From Spirochaetaceae bacterium (GTDB taxonomy: Bacteria; Spirochaetota; Spirochaetia; DSM-2461), in contig OZ245056.1 in assembly GCA_965224705.1 (NCBI GenBank), forward strand, positions 1,760,001 to 1,824,000: a stretch of DNA of 64,000 bases. Direction: 5' to 3'. The notes under the pieces are model-generated. The model worked only from the letters and a program-made list of their open reading frames with translations. It was not told the origin of the DNA and ran no database searches. The translations under genes and the position numbers were made by a program. Positions 60,250 to 64,000 of this stretch are shown piece after piece (positions within the stretch are counted from its first letter, which is position 1; every line of letters starts with the position of its first letter).

Positions 60250-61179
60250 GTGAATCCAACCTATAATCACCTTGCTCTCTTCTTCTACATCGTTACAGTT
60301 GGATTTACCTCTGTCGTGGTTGCCCTGAGCCTTCTTTACTGGATGAGGAAAAAAAACTCCGGCCGTTTTAACACATTCATTCTTTACGCTTATCTGGCTT
60401 TTCTCTTATTGCTTGGCGGCATGAGGTTTTACTGGGAAGAGATCTTTTCCGGCGGCCGTGGAGCAATCCTTGGCACTGGACTGGCAGAATTTGCCGGATA
60501 TGCCCTGCTGCTCTACTATCTGCCAGCGACAGTCAACCATATTATCGGCCGATCCTGGACACCCCTGCGCCTGTCAGTGATGATAACTGCCAGCACAGTG
60601 TACTTCATACTGAGTACGGTTTATCTGTTTACTCGATTACTCAAACAGATTGCTCTGGCAGCCACCCTTCTGTACATCATTTCTCTTGCTGTCATTCTTG
60701 TTGACATCGTTCGAGTAATGTCATTGATAAAACAGGGGACAACCAGGAGAACTGTTCTTATGGTAACTCTTCTTACAATCGCATTTCTTCCCCTGGTTAT
60801 GGTGGGACAACTCTGGGACGGCAGTGGAGGACAATGGGAGATGACGCTCTCCCTGCGTTTCATGCTTCTTTCACTCTATTACTTCTTGATGGCGCTGTCG
60901 GGCATTGTTTTTTACATGAAGGAGATGTCCAGCGACATCGGCAGGCAGGCCGTCGAGTATACACAGGGTATTGATATCAATGTTGATCTTCCTCTTACAG
61001 TCAGGGAAAAGGATGTAGCGGATTCTGTTGTCAGGGGCTTAACCTATGAAGAAATTGCAGAAAATCTTGATATCAGCCCAAACACTGTTCGAAATCATGT
61101 GTCAAATCTATATAGAAAACTATCAGTTCGTTCAAAGATTGAGCTGATTCAAGTTCTCGGCGGTAGGCAAAACTACTGA
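60250..61179 (+). CDS. Membrane-anchored LuxR-type HTH regulator
   Basis: About 7 TM helices then LTVREKDVA...GLTYEEIAENLDISPNTVRNHVSNLYRKL. Confidence 0.88.
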   Translation: MNPTYNHLALFFYIVTVGFTSVVVALSLLYWMRKKNSGRFNTFILYAYLAFLLLLGGMRFYWEEIFSGGRGAILGTGLAEFAGYALLLYYLPATVNHIIGRSWTPLRLSVMITASTVYFILSTVYLFTRLLKQIALAATLLYIISLAVILVDIVRVMSLIKQGTTRRTVLMVTLLTIAFLPLVMVGQLWDGSGGQWEMTLSLRFMLLSLYYFLMALSGIVFYMKEMSSDIGRQAVEYTQGIDINVDLPLTVREKDVADSVVRGLTYEEIAENLDISPNTVRNHVSNLYRKLSVRSKIELIQVLGGRQNY

Positions 61180-61191
61180 CAGCAAGTCCTC

Positions 61192-61968
61192 TCACGCCAG
61201 AATAACTTCAATTTGCTGTTCTTCCAGCTGTTTGTATGTTGATTCATTCAATCCGGTATCAGTGACCAGCACATCAAACTGACTGATTTCAGCAAAGAAG
61301 TTTGAACTGATTACACCAAATTTTGATGAATCGGCCAGAAGGATACTCTTAGCCGATGTGTCTATGGCCGTTGATTTACTCCCCCTCTCATAGCTGTTAC
61401 GGCAGGTAACGCCGAGTTCAAGAGAAATACCAGCAGCCGATATAAATGCCTTGGCGGCCCTGTGTCGTTTGATCAATGTCAGGCCTTCCCGGCTTTCAAA
61501 CATCAGTGTTTTTTCATGGAAGACACCACCGGTGAAGATAGATTTCACCCGCTTCATCCCGGCTGTAATGTTCATTATATTCAGAGAAAAACCGATTACA
61601 GTCAGATCCATATCCCTGGGTAAATTCGCAGCGAGGTATTCTGTTGTTGACCCAATATCGATTATCAATGAATCCGAGTTCTCGATAAGCTTTGCCGCCT
61701 GCTTCCCTATGCGGTGCTTTGCATCGGATTGAGTGGTCTCTGCCTCACTGAGAGAGTATGGATGTTCCTCTATTCTCCTTGCAAGTCGGGGACTGAGAAT
61801 CACCCCGCCATGAATCAGTTTCACGGCATCATCGGAAACCAGTTCTTCGACATCCCGGCGTACAGTCATGTGGGAGACTCCAAGTTGACTGGCTACCAAT
61901 CGTATTGGGAGACCATTCTCTTTTTTTAAAATATTCAGAATCATTGTTTTTCGATTGGATTTATTCAA
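61192..61968 (-). CDS. DeoR/GlpR family regulator
   Basis: LGVSHMTVRRD, HGG, IDIGSTT, LADSSKF. Confidence 0.93.
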   Translation of the reverse strand: MNKSNRKTMILNILKKENGLPIRLVASQLGVSHMTVRRDVEELVSDDAVKLIHGGVILSPRLARRIEEHPYSLSEAETTQSDAKHRIGKQAAKLIENSDSLIIDIGSTTEYLAANLPRDMDLTVIGFSLNIMNITAGMKRVKSIFTGGVFHEKTLMFESREGLTLIKRHRAAKAFISAAGISLELGVTCRNSYERGSKSTAIDTSAKSILLADSSKFGVISSNFFAEISQFDVLVTDTGLNESTYKQLEEQQIEVILA

Positions 61969-62081
61969 CTTCTATCCTTTTTGCCTGTGTTTGAGGAGTT
62001 TCCTGCCATGGGGTACATGCTGATAATACTGAACTGAACTTCGTATGGGAACGGAGGTGGGGGAGGATGCGTAGAAAAAGT

Positions 62082-62110
62082 TTGCATTATGATGCCGCAG
62101 AGTGTAAACT
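62082..62110 (+). promoter_or_regulatory. Sigma70 promoter of tyrA, probably leaderless
   Basis: TTGCAT-17-TAAACT; ATG 6 nt downstream; no SD. Confidence 0.5.
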
Positions 62111-62116
62111 GACACC

Positions 62117-62851
62117 ATGATAATTGGTGTGTATGGATTAGGCCGATTTGGGGCCTGGTGGGCTTCGCAGCTTGCTGAAAGATTTGATGTCGTTGCCTGG
62201 TCCCGTAATCCGGATCGGCCCTGTCCTCCGCGCGTAAAAAGGGTAAGTGAAGACGATGTCCTTTCTGTGGATGCCCTTGTTCTCTGCGTCGCTATTTCTG
62301 CCCTGGAAGATGTTCTTGTCCGTATTGCTCCCAGACTCAAAGAATCTACCCTTGTCATGGACACTTGCTCTGTCAAAGTTTACCCGGCACAGGTAATGCT
62401 TAAATGTCTGCCCCAAGGCATTCCCCTCCTCGCCACTCATCCCATGTTTGGACCGGACTCAGGTAAAAATGGCCTGGACGGTTTACCCATTGCCTTCTGC
62501 CCTCTGCGTATGGAGGACGGTGCGGGAGATTTCTGGTACAGTACTTTCCAGTCAATGGGCTTGAGAGTTATCAGAATCAGTCCGGAGGAACATGACAGGG
62601 AAGCGGCTTACACTCAGGGTATTGCCCATTTTGTTGGGCGGGTACTTGGAGAGTTAAACCTCACCTCCAGCAGAATTGCAACAGCAGGCTATCAGAGCCT
62701 GCTGGACATTGTAACACAAACCTGTAACGATCCCTGGAAATTGTTCCTGGATCTCCAGAAATATAATCCCTACACATCCAGAATGAGAAAAGATCTCCAG
62801 TCGGCGATTGATGGAATGATGAAACAGTTTAATTCAATAGAGGCAATATAA
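62117..62851 (+). CDS. tyrA: Prephenate/arogenate dehydrogenase
   Basis: GLGRFG, DTCSVK, HPMFGP, EEHD...AYTQG. Confidence 0.9.
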   Translation: MIIGVYGLGRFGAWWASQLAERFDVVAWSRNPDRPCPPRVKRVSEDDVLSVDALVLCVAISALEDVLVRIAPRLKESTLVMDTCSVKVYPAQVMLKCLPQGIPLLATHPMFGPDSGKNGLDGLPIAFCPLRMEDGAGDFWYSTFQSMGLRVIRISPEEHDREAAYTQGIAHFVGRVLGELNLTSSRIATAGYQSLLDIVTQTCNDPWKLFLDLQKYNPYTSRMRKDLQSAIDGMMKQFNSIEAI

Positions 62852-63213
62852 TGGCAGAGATCCATGAACGTCAGGCCAATGAAAGCAAGCTTGACACCGT
62901 TTTAGCAGGTGATATTGATTTTACCGGAGAGCTATCCTTCAAAAAAGAGCTCATGATTAAAGGGCACTATAAAGGCAGCATCAATGCAGAAGGAGATCTC
63001 TACATCGGCGAAGAAGCTGAAGTGGAAGCTGATATAGTCGCCAACGCAGTGTATGTCTGGGGATATGTCAAAGGAAATATCAAAGCCAGCACCAGAGTTG
63101 AACTTCAAGGCAAAGCCGTTGTTATCGGAGACATTGTCACACCAAAAATCGTTGTAGGGATGGGTTGTCGATTCGATGGGAAGAGTCGGATGAAAAACTC
63201 AGGAGGCAAATAA
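62851..63213 (+). CDS. Bactofilin (polymer-forming cytoskeletal protein)
   Basis: Beta-helix repeats with G-x-hydrophobic pattern (FTGEL, IKGHYKGSI, VKGNI, VIGDI, FDG). Confidence 0.92.
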   Translation: MAEIHERQANESKLDTVLAGDIDFTGELSFKKELMIKGHYKGSINAEGDLYIGEEAEVEADIVANAVYVWGYVKGNIKASTRVELQGKAVVIGDIVTPKIVVGMGCRFDGKSRMKNSGGK

Positions 63214-63214
63214 T

Positions 63215-63850
63215 ATGCTGCGGTTATTGCACAGACGAACAATGTTCGTGCTGCTTTGCATTCCTGTCCTGGGAACAGGAGCACAGCAGAGAGATGCCCT
63301 GCTTCTCTATCGGGAGGGTCAATACCAGAGGGCTGTTGATCTGTGTTTGGAAGAACTCAATGAAAGAGGGCGCGATCAGGCAAAACGGCGAATGGATTCA
63401 TACACTGTCCTTGGCTGGTCTTACTTGAAGCTGGGAGAATATGAAAAGGCTCTTAATTCAGCTCTGGCAGCAAGGAAGGAAATCCGTTACGACATAAGAA
63501 TCATTGAAATTGAAGGTGAAGCAAATTATTACCTGGGCAGAAACTCCAGTGCCATGGCTTTGTTTGAGGAGTATGTCTCCCTGAACAATCAAGTTCAGGG
63601 AAGCCGGATTGATACAGTTTACTATTTGATGGGGGAAATTTTTCTTCGGTTTGCAGAATATCAGCATGCCGATATTGCCTTCACCACAGCCCTGCATTAC
63701 AGCCCTCGAATTGCCCAGTGGTGGGCCAGACTTGGGTATGCGTGCGAGCAGATACCCGATCTTGAAAAGGCAAAATCTGCTTATGGCAGGGCTCTGGAAC
63801 TTCAACCCTCTCTGGAAGATGCCCGGGCAGGGTTGGAACGATTACTGTGA
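63215..63850 (+). CDS. Tetratricopeptide-repeat protein
   Basis: Several TPR-pattern helices (LGWSYLKLGEYEKA, LGYACEQ...AYGRALELQP). Confidence 0.85.
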   Translation: MLRLLHRRTMFVLLCIPVLGTGAQQRDALLLYREGQYQRAVDLCLEELNERGRDQAKRRMDSYTVLGWSYLKLGEYEKALNSALAARKEIRYDIRIIEIEGEANYYLGRNSSAMALFEEYVSLNNQVQGSRIDTVYYLMGEIFLRFAEYQHADIAFTTALHYSPRIAQWWARLGYACEQIPDLEKAKSAYGRALELQPSLEDARAGLERLL

Positions 63851-64000
63851 TTCCAGTGCTCAGGAGTCTCTCAGGGAACTGTCAGTATGAAGTATTTCTT
63901 ACTGAGAAGAAAGCATGAGAATTACCTCAACGGCATCGGGCCGCACTTGCTGCAAAAAACATCTCAGGATTAATATATCTTGTGTCGATGGGATGATAAG

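Noticed and set aside
63851..64000. Possible gene start at the right window edge
   Set aside because: Only short or unrecognisable frames; cannot be supported
1..64000. tRNA, rRNA, prophage, integrase or reverse transcriptase genes
   Set aside because: None recognised by eye; a tRNAscan/Rfam search would be needed to exclude small RNAs

Overview
Bacterial chromosomal window. It probably comes from a free-living spirochaete (inferred from lipoprotein style, LPP20/bactofilin/TPR genes and many carbohydrate transporters; not provable here). The right third is mostly housekeeping: thiI, a complete trpE-trpGD-trpCF-trpB-trpA operon, ahcY and tyrA. The left two thirds are a mosaic of accessory modules: two sugar ABC operons, a GtrB/GtrC/GtrA-type glycosylation cassette, a type II R-M pair followed by an attC-like site, IS5-family debris, a DUF2157/DUF4401/GDYXXLXY cluster, a sugar-acid TRAP/LytTR/gnd cluster, an AAA-PD-(D/E)XK gene, aldB-DUF779, an Ig-like lipoprotein beside a GT-C-like membrane protein, and a KAP NTPase-NACHT pair. 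Two MITE-like repeat families punctuate the window. The top candidates for undescribed systems are: (1) a stand-alone TrpA paralogue translationally coupled inside a GntR/ABC/FGGY-kinase catabolic operon, suggesting an import-phosphorylate-retro-aldol pathway; (2) a KAP + NACHT (NLR-like) operon whose KAP gene is split at an A_AAA_AAG site with -1 frameshift-like signals and whose NACHT C-terminus is built from a two-bit hexamer repeat. All family assignments come from motif recognition by eye, not from database searches.
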